64,000 nucleotides of DNA. Source: a virus. Shown piece by piece: positions 7,591 to 16,483 of the stretch. Made by a program: the position numbers and the translations under genes. The notes under the pieces were generated by a model. That model was given only the letters and a program-made list of their open reading frames with translations. It was not told where the DNA came from and did no database searches. Location: IMG/VR virus record IMGVR_UViG_3300045988_066710; one strand, written 5' to 3'. The stretch's first letter is position 1, and every line of letters begins with the position of its first letter.

Positions 7591-7839
7591 ATGAGATTAA
7601 GTGAATTTAAAGCAGGTACTATCTTAGTTGATGGTGATGACAAGGTGTTTATCCATGATGGCTTCATCAATGCTGATGGATATGGTGTAATTATCGGTGA
7701 GGATTCTGATGGAATGATTCAGAAATCCAATGGTATTGGCAATTGGATGAAAGAAGGTATTTATCGTGAAGCTACAAGAGAAGAAATACAAAATTTCTTT
7801 GCCAAGATTCGTAAGACACAGAAGATTATCAATTACTAA
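7591..7839 (+). CDS. hypothetical protein
   Basis: 82-aa ORF with noticeably higher G/C codon content than the window average. Confidence 0.55.
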   Translation: MRLSEFKAGTILVDGDDKVFIHDGFINADGYGVIIGEDSDGMIQKSNGIGNWMKEGIYREATREEIQNFFAKIRKTQKIINY

Positions 7840-7860
7840 GGAGGGTAAAAAGAAGAGAAT

Positions 7861-8169
7861 ATGGCAGATATAGAATTTGGAAAGTGTGATATTTGTGGCA
7901 AAGAGGCTGCTTTATCACGTACATATTTTAAATACAGAATAGGTAGTTGTGAGTGTTGTGGAAGCAAATTGCGTGATGGCTCAAATGGACATTTTGAGGT
8001 TGTGCATCATTGCAATAAATGTGTTCCTCATTTACCTACTGTTATTCATCCTTTATTAAAGGCTTTAGATGGTAAAGTTTATAGAGCAAATATTACTAAC
8101 GTTTTACCATTTGAAATTGAAGGTAATTTCATTATCGAAGAACCAGTAATTGTGGAGGATAAGCAATGA
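7861..8169 (+). CDS. zinc-ribbon-like Cys/His-rich protein
   Basis: 102-aa ORF with CDIC ... CECCG ... HHCNKC (C-x2-C, C-x-CC, HHC-x2-C). Confidence 0.55.
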   Translation: MADIEFGKCDICGKEAALSRTYFKYRIGSCECCGSKLRDGSNGHFEVVHHCNKCVPHLPTVIHPLLKALDGKVYRANITNVLPFEIEGNFIIEEPVIVEDKQ

Positions 8170-8531
8170 ATAAAGTAAATGTCAAAGAGTCTCTTTTAGA
8201 GGTTGTTAATGGCAACAACTTAGAGATACTTAAAATAGATTTATGCAATGATGAAGAATCTTTTGCTAGGTCTTATAACAGAGAAAGAGACGAGTATTGT
8301 AAAACTTATACTACTCTAAAGGACTTAGATTTTGAGGTAGAATTTATCTTTATGTATGATGTAGTTCGTGGTATGGTTTATTGTCAAGATAAAGATACTA
8401 AAGAACCAGTATGGATTGTATCTAGTGGTGATGAAGGAGGTTCTTGGTGGGAAGTCAATAGAGTTCCAGACTTTTATAAAAATCAATTTAAAAAGTTAGA
8501 GGATGATACAAAAGCAGACATGGAAGGATGA
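8166..8531 (+). CDS. hypothetical protein
   Basis: 121-aa ORF with an ATGA overlap onto the upstream gene. Confidence 0.55.
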   Translation: MNKVNVKESLLEVVNGNNLEILKIDLCNDEESFARSYNRERDEYCKTYTTLKDLDFEVEFIFMYDVVRGMVYCQDKDTKEPVWIVSSGDEGGSWWEVNRVPDFYKNQFKKLEDDTKADMEG

Positions 8532-8850
8532 AATCAGAATTTTAATAACTGATGAAGAAAATCTCAGTTCGGTTCAAATATTTATTCCATTATATGTTAG
8601 TAATCTTTTCGGCAAAGCTGATGCTCTAATATATGCACTCTTTGTAGATAATAATCATAGAAGAAAGGGTGTCGCACAACACTTATTGCAACTAGCAGAA
8701 CAACAAGCTAAGTTGAATGGAGTGAAGGTAATCGGATTAGAATTTGTTAAAGAAGAATCTGATGAATTTGTTCTAGATTGGTATCTCCGTAGTGGTTATA
8801 AACTATTTGATAAGAAAAGTAATTTATTAATTAAAAAGTTGGAGGATTGA
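8503..8850 (+). CDS. GNAT-family N-acetyltransferase (small)
   Basis: 115-aa ORF. The segment FVDNNHRRKGVAQHLLQLAEQQAKLNGVKVIGLEF fits GNAT motif A (R/Q-x-x-G-x-A/G followed by a helix). Confidence 0.6.
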   Translation: MIQKQTWKDEIRILITDEENLSSVQIFIPLYVSNLFGKADALIYALFVDNNHRRKGVAQHLLQLAEQQAKLNGVKVIGLEFVKEESDEFVLDWYLRSGYKLFDKKSNLLIKKLED

Positions 8851-9227
8851 TTATGGACAGAAATCAAGCTAAAGAATTTTATCCTATTCTGCAAGCATTT
8901 GCAGAAGGAAAGGCAATTGAATGTAGAACTAAACCAAGTGCATTAAGCAAAAGCTGGCAAGGTATGAATGATTGGACGGAAATAAAAGAAATAGGGTACT
9001 GGGATAATATAGAATACCGAATTAAGCCAGAACCAAAGTACCGTCCATTTAAGGATGCAAAAGAGTGCTGGCAAGAAATGCAAAAGCATCAGCCATTTGG
9101 ATGGGTGAAATATGCAGATAAATATATTTCTATATCAGCAATAGACTCAAACAATGATTATGAAATCGATTTTGATGATTATACTTTTGCTGATAGTACT
9201 CCATTTGGTGTGAAAATAGAGGAATAG
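8847..9227 (+). CDS. hypothetical protein, YRIKPE-KYRPF family paralog 1
   Basis: 126-aa ORF. The blocks ILQAFAEGKAIE, YRIKPEPKYRPFKDAKECWQEMQKHQPFGWVK and FADSTPFGVK are shared with ORF 9462-9848. Confidence 0.6.
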   Translation: MIMDRNQAKEFYPILQAFAEGKAIECRTKPSALSKSWQGMNDWTEIKEIGYWDNIEYRIKPEPKYRPFKDAKECWQEMQKHQPFGWVKYADKYISISAIDSNNDYEIDFDDYTFADSTPFGVKIEE

Positions 9228-9251
9228 TTATGGAAATTAATGAAAAAATAA

Positions 9252-9431
9252 ATGAAAATTAAAAATAAAATGATAAAATATCTTATTATTATATTAGGAT
9301 TAGTAGGAGGTGTTCTTATTGCTTCTAGTATAATCCTATTTGCATTTAGATTAGATTCCTTGTTTGGTTTATTTATAATAGGGGTATTTATTCTTTTAGC
9401 TGATTATATTATATTTGACATTATATCTTGA
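9252..9431 (+). CDS. small membrane protein (59 aa, below cutoff)
   Basis: Hand translation gives MKIKNKMIKYLIIILGLVGGVLIASSIILFAFRLDSLFGLFIIGVFILLADYIIFDIIS, with two TM-like runs. Confidence 0.45.
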   Translation: MKIKNKMIKYLIIILGLVGGVLIASSIILFAFRLDSLFGLFIIGVFILLADYIIFDIIS

Positions 9432-9461
9432 AGAATCAAACTAATTTAAATAGAAAGTAAC

Positions 9462-9848
9462 ATGAATAAAGATAAGGTAAAAAAGCTAGCTGAAATATTA
9501 CAGGCTTATTTAGCTGGAAGAGAAATTGAATTTTATTCTTCTATCTTTAATGAATGGAAGCCTGCTTTTATAACTGATATTAGTAGCTTGATAAAAAATA
9601 TTGATAATTATAGAATTAAACCAGAAGTAAAGTATAGACCTTTTAAAAATTTAAAAGAATGTCTAGAAGAAATGCAATGTCATATTCCTTATGGTTGGAT
9701 AAAAACAAATAATAATGTTCATCGTTTAATAACCCTTTTAGATGAAGATAGAACACTAATAGGTCATCAAGAGACAAGTTGGACTTATGAAAAACTATTT
9801 GAGAGTTTTACCTTTATGGATGGTAAACCTTTTGGTGTAAGATATTAA
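9462..9848 (+). CDS. hypothetical protein, YRIKPE-KYRPF family paralog 2
   Basis: 128-aa ORF containing ILQAYLAGREIE, YRIKPEVKYRPFKNLKECLEEMQCHIPYGWIK and FMDGKPFGVRY. Confidence 0.6.
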   Translation: MNKDKVKKLAEILQAYLAGREIEFYSSIFNEWKPAFITDISSLIKNIDNYRIKPEVKYRPFKNLKECLEEMQCHIPYGWIKTNNNVHRLITLLDEDRTLIGHQETSWTYEKLFESFTFMDGKPFGVRY

Positions 9849-10312
9849 CTTATTTAAATTAGAGTATATGGAATATATTATAGTTCTTTTATGTATTTTT
9901 ATAATTATATTAATGATTATTAATTTACCCTAAATTATATGGCAATAATAGCTAGTATATTTTGTTTTATTTATATATGTATGATAATATATGTATTAAA
10001 TGAAATATTTAAAATGAAATAGAAAATACTAATAATTATAACATAACAAATAAAGAAATTATTCGAGTAAAAATTTTTGGTCTACTATTTTTGAATACTC
10101 GCTAATCACTAAAAATAGAGTAATAATAGTATTTTCTATAGTCCATAAATGCAAAAATTAGTAAGACTATAAACTCTAATTTACGTGATTTTGAAACTAA
10201 GATTTTAAGAGAAAAAGCTAGTGAGTTCTTACTATTTCTTATTATTAAAGAAAAGTGACTTTTACATAACAGTTTTCAATAGTAAAACTGTTAATTTTAA
10301 TATTTATAATAT

Positions 10313-10525
10313 ATGAAGAATAAGAAATTACATGACATTATGAAGCATAGTAATGATGTCACTAAAAAATTAGTAGAGGTTAATAACTTAGATAATCCTA
10401 AAGAGATTGCTAAAATTAATCAGATTACTGATTTATTTATATCAGTTAAAAATAATACAAAATTACTGCAATTATTAGTAGTTGCAGTAGATATGGTAGT
10501 AGATTACATTAATAAAAATAAATAA
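10313..10525 (+). CDS. hypothetical protein
   Basis: 70-aa ORF, the first gene after a roughly 300-nt non-coding region. Confidence 0.5.
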   Translation: MKNKKLHDIMKHSNDVTKKLVEVNNLDNPKEIAKINQITDLFISVKNNTKLLQLLVVAVDMVVDYINKNK

Positions 10526-10532
10526 GAAAACT

Positions 10533-10829
10533 ATGGAAATTAAAGCTAGTGTGAAGATTATTGAAGGAGGATTTGAAGAATCAGTAAATTTCTCTGTTAA
10601 AGGTAATTTTAATATTAATTTTAAAATAACTCGTACTCCTGTAAGAGTAAGAGTGCTAAATATCTCTAATGAATCATATGATTATATGACTTCCAAAGAG
10701 TGCCCTGAATGGAGTAAAAAGGCAGAATGGCTTTCTATGTCTAAAAAGAAGAGATTTGAATCTCATCTTAATAGAATAGCACACGATTGCTTGGGAAAGG
10801 TTATGGATTATGAAGTTTTTAATGATTAA
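10533..10829 (+). CDS. hypothetical protein
   Basis: 98-aa ORF followed by a strong terminator. Confidence 0.55.
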   Translation: MEIKASVKIIEGGFEESVNFSVKGNFNINFKITRTPVRVRVLNISNESYDYMTSKECPEWSKKAEWLSMSKKKRFESHLNRIAHDCLGKVMDYEVFND

Positions 10830-10873
10830 ATATGTGAAATAGACGGTTTGTTTATAAAGTTTTTTTACTCTTA

Positions 10874-10912
10874 GATAGTAGTCTGTTGTGAAACACACTA
10901 CTATCATTTTTT
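10874..10912 (+). terminator. rho-independent terminator
   Basis: gatagtagt (10874-10882) pairs perfectly with actactatc (10897-10905), followed by ATTTTTT. Confidence 0.7.
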
Positions 10913-10925
10913 AATAACTAAAAAT

Positions 10926-11105
10926 ATGATAAAGATTATAATAATAATATGTATTATTATTCTTTTATTATTCCTATATAATAAATATAGTCCTAAAGTA
11001 GATGTTATATTGTCTAATGGAAATTATGTATTTATTATGTGGTATAATGATAGAGATAATAATGGAAATTATGTAAGAACTTATAAAAGATTACTTACAT
11101 TATAA
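10926..11105 (+). CDS. small membrane-anchored protein (59 aa, below cutoff)
   Basis: Hand translation gives MIKIIIIICIIILLLFLYNKYSPKVDVILSNGNYVFIMWYNDRDNNGNYVRTYKRLLTL. Confidence 0.4.
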   Translation: MIKIIIIICIIILLLFLYNKYSPKVDVILSNGNYVFIMWYNDRDNNGNYVRTYKRLLTL

Positions 11106-11116
11106 AAGACTTAATT

Positions 11117-11527
11117 ATGAAGAATATAAGAATTAGTTGTGGTTTTGCATTATATATGCTTATTATAGTAGCAATGTTATGTTTTACTACTATTAAATGT
11201 TGTGCACAAACTATAACTCATGTAACTTTGACATGTTACCAACCAGTTAAAAGCCAATGTGATAAGAATCCATTGATTACTGCTGATGGTAGCAAGATAA
11301 ATCTACATCATTTAAAAAATAATAAGATTAAATGGTGTGCAATCTCTAGAGACTTACTATGGTTATTTCCTAAGAATAAACCTAAGAAAGTATATATTGA
11401 AGGATATGGAATATATCTAGTTAAAGATGTTATGAATAAAAGACATAAACATAGAATAGATATACTTATACATCCCAAAAGTTCAAAGAGAATTAGTATT
11501 AATAATGTTAAAGTAAAAATATTATAA
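11117..11527 (+). CDS. exported 3D-domain-like protein (putative cell-wall binding/lytic transglycosylase-like DPBB fold)
   Basis: 136-aa ORF with an N-terminal signal or anchor (FALYMLIIVAMLCFTTIKCCA). The segment TCYQP...CDKNPLITADGSKIN ... CAISRD ... YIEGYGIYLVKDVMN ... RIDIL gives the three-Asp pattern of 3D domains. Confidence 0.5.
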   Translation: MKNIRISCGFALYMLIIVAMLCFTTIKCCAQTITHVTLTCYQPVKSQCDKNPLITADGSKINLHHLKNNKIKWCAISRDLLWLFPKNKPKKVYIEGYGIYLVKDVMNKRHKHRIDILIHPKSSKRISINNVKVKIL

Positions 11528-11955
11528 TGTGTTTTAATAAAAGAATATCCTTAAGTAACTATCAGGAAAGTGAGTATGAAAAAATAACAGAAATTCTTGA
11601 ACAGGATACAATAGTATATAAAATTGTAGTTAAACATACTGGATTATTTCCTTTTCTTACTAAGAATTCCTATTTTGCACCTTTTTATGATTATAAATAT
11701 AAGAAGAAAAAGATATGTACTAGTCCTTTACAGATAGAATTTAGAAAGGAGGATGAATATATTGATATTATAGTTAAGAATGGTTTTCATAGTTTTAAGA
11801 CTCTAAAAGATCTTAAGAAATCTGTATTTTGGTCTTCAGAGTATGCTGTTGCCAAATTCATTATTCCTAAAGGTAGTACTGTAATTATTAATAATACTCA
11901 AGTAGTATCAGATAAAATTATGTTTTATAAAGAAGTAAATCCATATAATGACTAG
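11527..11955 (+). CDS. hypothetical protein, MC-family paralog 3 of 3
   Basis: 142-aa ORF with MCF..., IVYKIVV, GFHSF and AKFIIPKGSTVIINNTQVVSDKIMFYKE, matching ORFs 9-428 and 652-1107. Confidence 0.6.
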   Translation: MCFNKRISLSNYQESEYEKITEILEQDTIVYKIVVKHTGLFPFLTKNSYFAPFYDYKYKKKKICTSPLQIEFRKEDEYIDIIVKNGFHSFKTLKDLKKSVFWSSEYAVAKFIIPKGSTVIINNTQVVSDKIMFYKEVNPYND

Positions 11956-13165
11956 AGAAGAAGCTGCTAATAATGCTTTAAATAAAGTATTATTAGTAAA
12001 ATCTACTATCTTATATTTGGGTACAGGTTATGGTAAGTCAAAACTCGCTATTGACTGTATTAATAAGATAGCAGATTTTAATTTTAAACAAAATGAAGAA
12101 GAAACTACTGTTAGTATTATTGTTCCCAGACAACCATTAATAAATAATTGGAAAGAAGAAATAAAGAAATGGGGATGTAATACTGATAAAATAGAGATTC
12201 TTTGTTATAATAGTATTCATAAACTTAATAAATATTGTAATTGTATAGTATTTGATGAAGCTCATCATTTAAGTGAACTTAAAAGGGAAATTCTTGATGA
12301 TATTTTTAAGGTTAATCCTAATGTTAAATTACTATTTTTAAGTGCTACAATTCCTCGTGATATTATGGATTATATGAAATCTTTGGGTACTTATAATATA
12401 GTTAAAGGTAACATTGCTGATGGTATTAAAGATGAAGTATTACCTACACCTATAATTTATACTATTCCTTTATATTTAGATAATATTAAAAGTGTAGCAG
12501 AGATAATAAAGAATCCTAGATGTAGTAATCCTGTTACTTGTAATTATGATGAAAGATGGAATTTTATTAAAAGATTTACTACAAGAAAGATAATTATCAA
12601 ATGTACCCAAAAGCAATATTATAATGAGTTAAGTGATAAAATAGACTGGTATAAAAGAAAATTTATGTTTAATAAAACTGTAGTCTTTAAGAATAAATGG
12701 CTTAGAGCAGCTTCAGAAAGATTAAAATGGCTTTCAGAACAGAAGGTAGATATATGTCAGTCTATTATCTCTATCTTACAGGACCAGAGAGTACTCTTAT
12801 TCTGCAATAATATTGAGCAGTCTTTAAAGTTTAAGAATTATGCTCCTATTAATAGTAAGAATAAGAACTCTTTACAGAATCTTGATGATTTCAATAATAG
12901 TAAGATTAATCATATATCTAGTGTTAATATGCTTTCAGAAGGTATGAATTTAACTAATTGTAGAGTAGGATTATTCTGTAATTTAAATGCCTCAGAAATT
13001 CTTTCACAACAGAAATTTGGAAGGTTATTAAGACATCCTAAACCAATAGTTATTATACCTTATTTTAAAGATACTAGAGATGAGGAATTAAAAGATAAAA
13101 TGCTCAAGGATTATGATAGTTCTATGATAAAAGAAATTACTGATATTAAAGATATTAAGCTATGA
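11948..13165 (+). CDS. superfamily 2 (DEAH/SNF2-like) DNA helicase
   Basis: 405-aa ORF with motif I LGTGYGKSK, motif II VFDEAHHL, motif III LSATIP, motif V SEGMNL and motif VI QQKFGRLLRH. Confidence 0.8.
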   Translation: MTREEAANNALNKVLLVKSTILYLGTGYGKSKLAIDCINKIADFNFKQNEEETTVSIIVPRQPLINNWKEEIKKWGCNTDKIEILCYNSIHKLNKYCNCIVFDEAHHLSELKREILDDIFKVNPNVKLLFLSATIPRDIMDYMKSLGTYNIVKGNIADGIKDEVLPTPIIYTIPLYLDNIKSVAEIIKNPRCSNPVTCNYDERWNFIKRFTTRKIIIKCTQKQYYNELSDKIDWYKRKFMFNKTVVFKNKWLRAASERLKWLSEQKVDICQSIISILQDQRVLLFCNNIEQSLKFKNYAPINSKNKNSLQNLDDFNNSKINHISSVNMLSEGMNLTNCRVGLFCNLNASEILSQQKFGRLLRHPKPIVIIPYFKDTRDEELKDKMLKDYDSSMIKEITDIKDIKL

Positions 13166-13767
13166 AATTTGTTATAGATGATACAGTATGTGAGAAATAT
13201 AATCTTACTGCTCAGCAAGTATTTATATTACTTGCTTTACAATGCCAAAATGATAAACTGTATGAAGATTTAATTGAGAAGGGGTTAATTACTAAATGTA
13301 ATTGTTCTCTTTTTGAATTAAATAAGAAATATAGTGTTATTAATAAAGGTATTAACCTCTGTAATTCTGTATTACTTGATAGTAGTAAAGATACTAAGAA
13401 AACAATTAATATTGTTAATCTTAGATGTCAGAATTTAGCAATAAAACTAAGGGATATATACCCTAAAGGTAAAATGCCTGGAACTAGTTATTATTATAAA
13501 GGTAATATAGAAGATATTAGAAAAAAGTTACAGAGTTTCTTCTTAAGATATCCAAATTATACAGATGAGCAAATAATTACAGCTACTCAGAAGTATATTA
13601 ATTCTATGAATGGTGATTATACTTATCTTAAATTATTAAAGTATTTTATTTGGAAATCTGAGGTAAAAGATGGAGAACAGGTAGTAACTTCAATTCTTTC
13701 TGATTATATAGAGAATGAAGGTCAGGAAGATAATATTAATAATGATTGGACATCAGAGTTAAAATGA
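13162..13767 (+). CDS. hypothetical protein (possibly replication-associated, wHTH-like N-terminus)
   Basis: 201-aa ORF between two helicase genes. No diagnostic motif was recognised. Confidence 0.5.
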   Translation: MKFVIDDTVCEKYNLTAQQVFILLALQCQNDKLYEDLIEKGLITKCNCSLFELNKKYSVINKGINLCNSVLLDSSKDTKKTINIVNLRCQNLAIKLRDIYPKGKMPGTSYYYKGNIEDIRKKLQSFFLRYPNYTDEQIITATQKYINSMNGDYTYLKLLKYFIWKSEVKDGEQVVTSILSDYIENEGQEDNINNDWTSELK

Positions 13768-13861
13768 AAGAAGAATTTACAACATATGAGTATTTTAAGG
13801 AAGATACTCCTATTAATATTAAGAAATAAATTATTGTTTAATTAATTAAATATAAAGTAAA

Positions 13862-14215
13862 ATGAATAACAACATTGAAACATTTAAGCTACAGCATGTA
13901 GCTCTTGAGTTTAAGGTAAATGAAGTAAAGCAGACTGTAACTGCTATTGAGAAGTTTATTGTACCTAAGTTTAAGCTTAGATTTACAACAGTAGGTGTAT
14001 CTAAGCTTAATACAGAGAAGGGTGATACCTTTGATGTAGAAACTGGTAAGAAACTTGCTAGAGCTAAAGCTGAAAAGGAAGCTTTCTCTAGATTCAAGGC
14101 AGAGTTGAAGAAGTTCCTTAAGTGGAATATGGCTCTTAATGATAAACTTAATGCTACCATTGAGAAGATGAACAATTATATTGACCATCAGAAGGAGTAT
14201 ATTAAGACATTCTAA
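13862..14215 (+). CDS. hypothetical protein
   Basis: 117-aa ORF rich in K/E helices. The antisense ORFs 13846-14175 and 13889-14188 are judged to be shadows. Confidence 0.55.
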   Translation: MNNNIETFKLQHVALEFKVNEVKQTVTAIEKFIVPKFKLRFTTVGVSKLNTEKGDTFDVETGKKLARAKAEKEAFSRFKAELKKFLKWNMALNDKLNATIEKMNNYIDHQKEYIKTF

Positions 14216-15396
14216 TGAGTTTAAGAGAGAGAGTATATGATAATCTAGTTAAAAGAAGAAACAGAATACTTGAAGGTAAAATTAATTGTATTCCTTCTTC
14301 TTTTACTAGATTTAAAGATGACTTTATTGGTATAGAACAAAGTACATATTATTGTATATCGTCCTTTACTAAAGGTGGAAAGTCTCAATTTACTTCATAT
14401 ACTTTTATCTATAAACCACTACTTTATTGCTATTACCATAAAGAAGTAGGAGCAAATCTTAAAGTCTTATATTTTCCTTTAGAAGAAACACCTGAAAGAA
14501 TTCTTCAAAGGTTTGAATGTTGGCTTCTATACGAGTATAGTAATCATACAATAAGAGTATCTCCTAGAGATTTAAGAAGTACTACTACTGCTATTTCACA
14601 GGAAGTATTAGATTTATTACAATCTGATGAAGTTCAGGATATTATTAAGTATTTTGAAGAACATGTTATATTTCCTGAAGAAAAGCCTAATCCTACTGGT
14701 ATTCTTAATTATTGTAAAAGTTATGCTAGACAACATGGTACTGAATATACTAAAAAGGGTAAATATAAAGATGAATGGGGACAAATAAAAGAAACAGAAG
14801 TATTTGACCATTATGAACAGGATGACCCTAATGAATATAGGTTAATTGTTATTGATACTATGAATCTTATAGATACTGAAAGAGGTATGACTCTTAAACA
14901 ATCTATGGATAAATTGTCAGAATATTTAGCTAAATATTTAAGAAATAGATATAAGTTTTCTCCTGTAGTAATTCAGCAACAAGCTTTTGAATCTGAAGGT
15001 AATGATGCTTTTAAATTAAATAGATTAAGACCTAGTGCTCAGGGTTTAGGTGATAGTAAGTATATATCAAGAGACTGCAATGTACTATTAGGATTATTTT
15101 CTCCATTTAGATTTAGTTTAGATACATATTTAGATTATAATATAAAGAAATTTAAGGATAATATTAGATTTCTTGAAGTATGTATAAATCGAGATGGTGA
15201 AATGGGAGGTATTGCTCCTTTATTCTTTGATGGTGCAGTATGTGCTTTTGATGAATTACCATTACCTAATAATAAAGTAGAATTAGAAAAGGTATATAAG
15301 TATTTAGATAAGATAAGAAATAAACAAACAGTTAATACTACTATAAGTATGTTTGTTTGTGGTATAATAAAAAGAGTTAAAGATTTGCTAGAGTAA
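14215..15396 (+). CDS. DnaB-like / RecA-fold replicative helicase
   Basis: 393-aa ORF with a Walker A-like SSFTKGGKSQF, Walker B LIVIDTMNLID, VVIQQQ, and RDCNVLLGLF typical of DnaB/gp4-type hexameric helicases. Confidence 0.7.
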   Translation: MSLRERVYDNLVKRRNRILEGKINCIPSSFTRFKDDFIGIEQSTYYCISSFTKGGKSQFTSYTFIYKPLLYCYYHKEVGANLKVLYFPLEETPERILQRFECWLLYEYSNHTIRVSPRDLRSTTTAISQEVLDLLQSDEVQDIIKYFEEHVIFPEEKPNPTGILNYCKSYARQHGTEYTKKGKYKDEWGQIKETEVFDHYEQDDPNEYRLIVIDTMNLIDTERGMTLKQSMDKLSEYLAKYLRNRYKFSPVVIQQQAFESEGNDAFKLNRLRPSAQGLGDSKYISRDCNVLLGLFSPFRFSLDTYLDYNIKKFKDNIRFLEVCINRDGEMGGIAPLFFDGAVCAFDELPLPNNKVELEKVYKYLDKIRNKQTVNTTISMFVCGIIKRVKDLLE

Positions 15397-15415
15397 AATA
15401 AATATATTACTTTTG
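15384..15415 (+). promoter_or_regulatory. Bacteroidota-type promoter (-33 TTTG / -7 TAnnTTTG)
   Basis: TTTG at 15384-15387 and TACTTTTG at 15408-15415 are separated by a 20-nt spacer, 28 nt upstream of ATG 15443. Confidence 0.5.
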
Positions 15416-15442
15416 CAATTCATTTAAAGAGTAGAAATTAAA

Positions 15443-16177
15443 ATGGCAAAGATTTTAGTACTTGCAAAAAGTGGATTTGGAAAAACTACTAGTTATTGTG
15501 GTAGAAAGAAGTTAGGTATTAAAGGTTTAAATCCTAAAGAAACTTTTGTAATACAATGTATTGGTAGAGCTGTTCCTAATCCAGAATTTAAGTTATGTCC
15601 ATCTACTAATGTGATGGATATGGTTAAAGGAAATAGAATGCAGATTGATAGTCTTAATGGACTTGAAAGATTTAAGAAAGTAGCAGAAGTTATTGATACT
15701 TTTAAGAATCCTAATTGCCCTTATAAGAATATTGTAATTGATGATTTTAATTATCTTGCACAAGATTTTTATATGGCAAATGCAATGAAGGGAGGATGGG
15801 ATACACCAAAACAAATAGGCTATGGAATGGGTCTTATCTTTGATTCATTTAAAGGATGCCCTGAAAATAAGAATATTATCTGTTGTGCCCATTATGAAGA
15901 GTATAAAGATAAAAATGGTGATTCTATTTCCTATAAGTTTAAGACTACAGGTAAGATGGTGGATGATTATATCACACCTGAAGGGAAGTTTGACATTATT
16001 CTCTTTGGTAAAGTAGGTTATGATGCAGAAAATAAGAAACCTATCAAGCATTTTGTTAAAGAGTTTGATGGAGAATATCCTGCTAAGGATAGCTTAGGAG
16101 TACTTGATGACTTACCTGATGAAATTCCTAATGATTTATCTATTGTAATGGATAAAATTAAAGAGGTGTATGGATAG
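15443..16177 (+). CDS. RecA-like / AAA_24 (Sak4-like) ATPase
   Basis: 244-aa ORF with Walker A at the extreme N-terminus (ILVLAKSGFGKTTS) and Walker B NIVIDDFNYL, typical of phage Sak4-type recombination ATPases. Confidence 0.7.
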   Translation: MAKILVLAKSGFGKTTSYCGRKKLGIKGLNPKETFVIQCIGRAVPNPEFKLCPSTNVMDMVKGNRMQIDSLNGLERFKKVAEVIDTFKNPNCPYKNIVIDDFNYLAQDFYMANAMKGGWDTPKQIGYGMGLIFDSFKGCPENKNIICCAHYEEYKDKNGDSISYKFKTTGKMVDDYITPEGKFDIILFGKVGYDAENKKPIKHFVKEFDGEYPAKDSLGVLDDLPDEIPNDLSIVMDKIKEVYG

Positions 16178-16469
16178 AAATAAAATAGTTAGTATTGCTA
16201 CTTCTATATTAATATCTGGACATATTGCTTTACAAGATATTATCTTATTATTAGATAGTTATTGTATTGAAAAAGGTAAAGAAAGAAAATATATAGATAT
16301 ATTTGTTAAAACTATAATTTCCTTTCCTTATGAAATGTATAGTGAATATGTAAAGATAGCTCTTGAATATTATATGTGTAAGTATGCAATACATACATTA
16401 ACTAAACAAGAAAGCCTTAATTCTATATTTAATAGAAACACAAAAGAAAACATATTATTAATATATTAA
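16170..16469 (+). CDS. hypothetical protein
   Basis: 99-aa ORF that overlaps the upstream stop. Confidence 0.5.
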   Translation: MDRNKIVSIATSILISGHIALQDIILLLDSYCIEKGKERKYIDIFVKTIISFPYEMYSEYVKIALEYYMCKYAIHTLTKQESLNSIFNRNTKENILLIY

Positions 16470-16483
16470 AAATAAAAGTAAAA

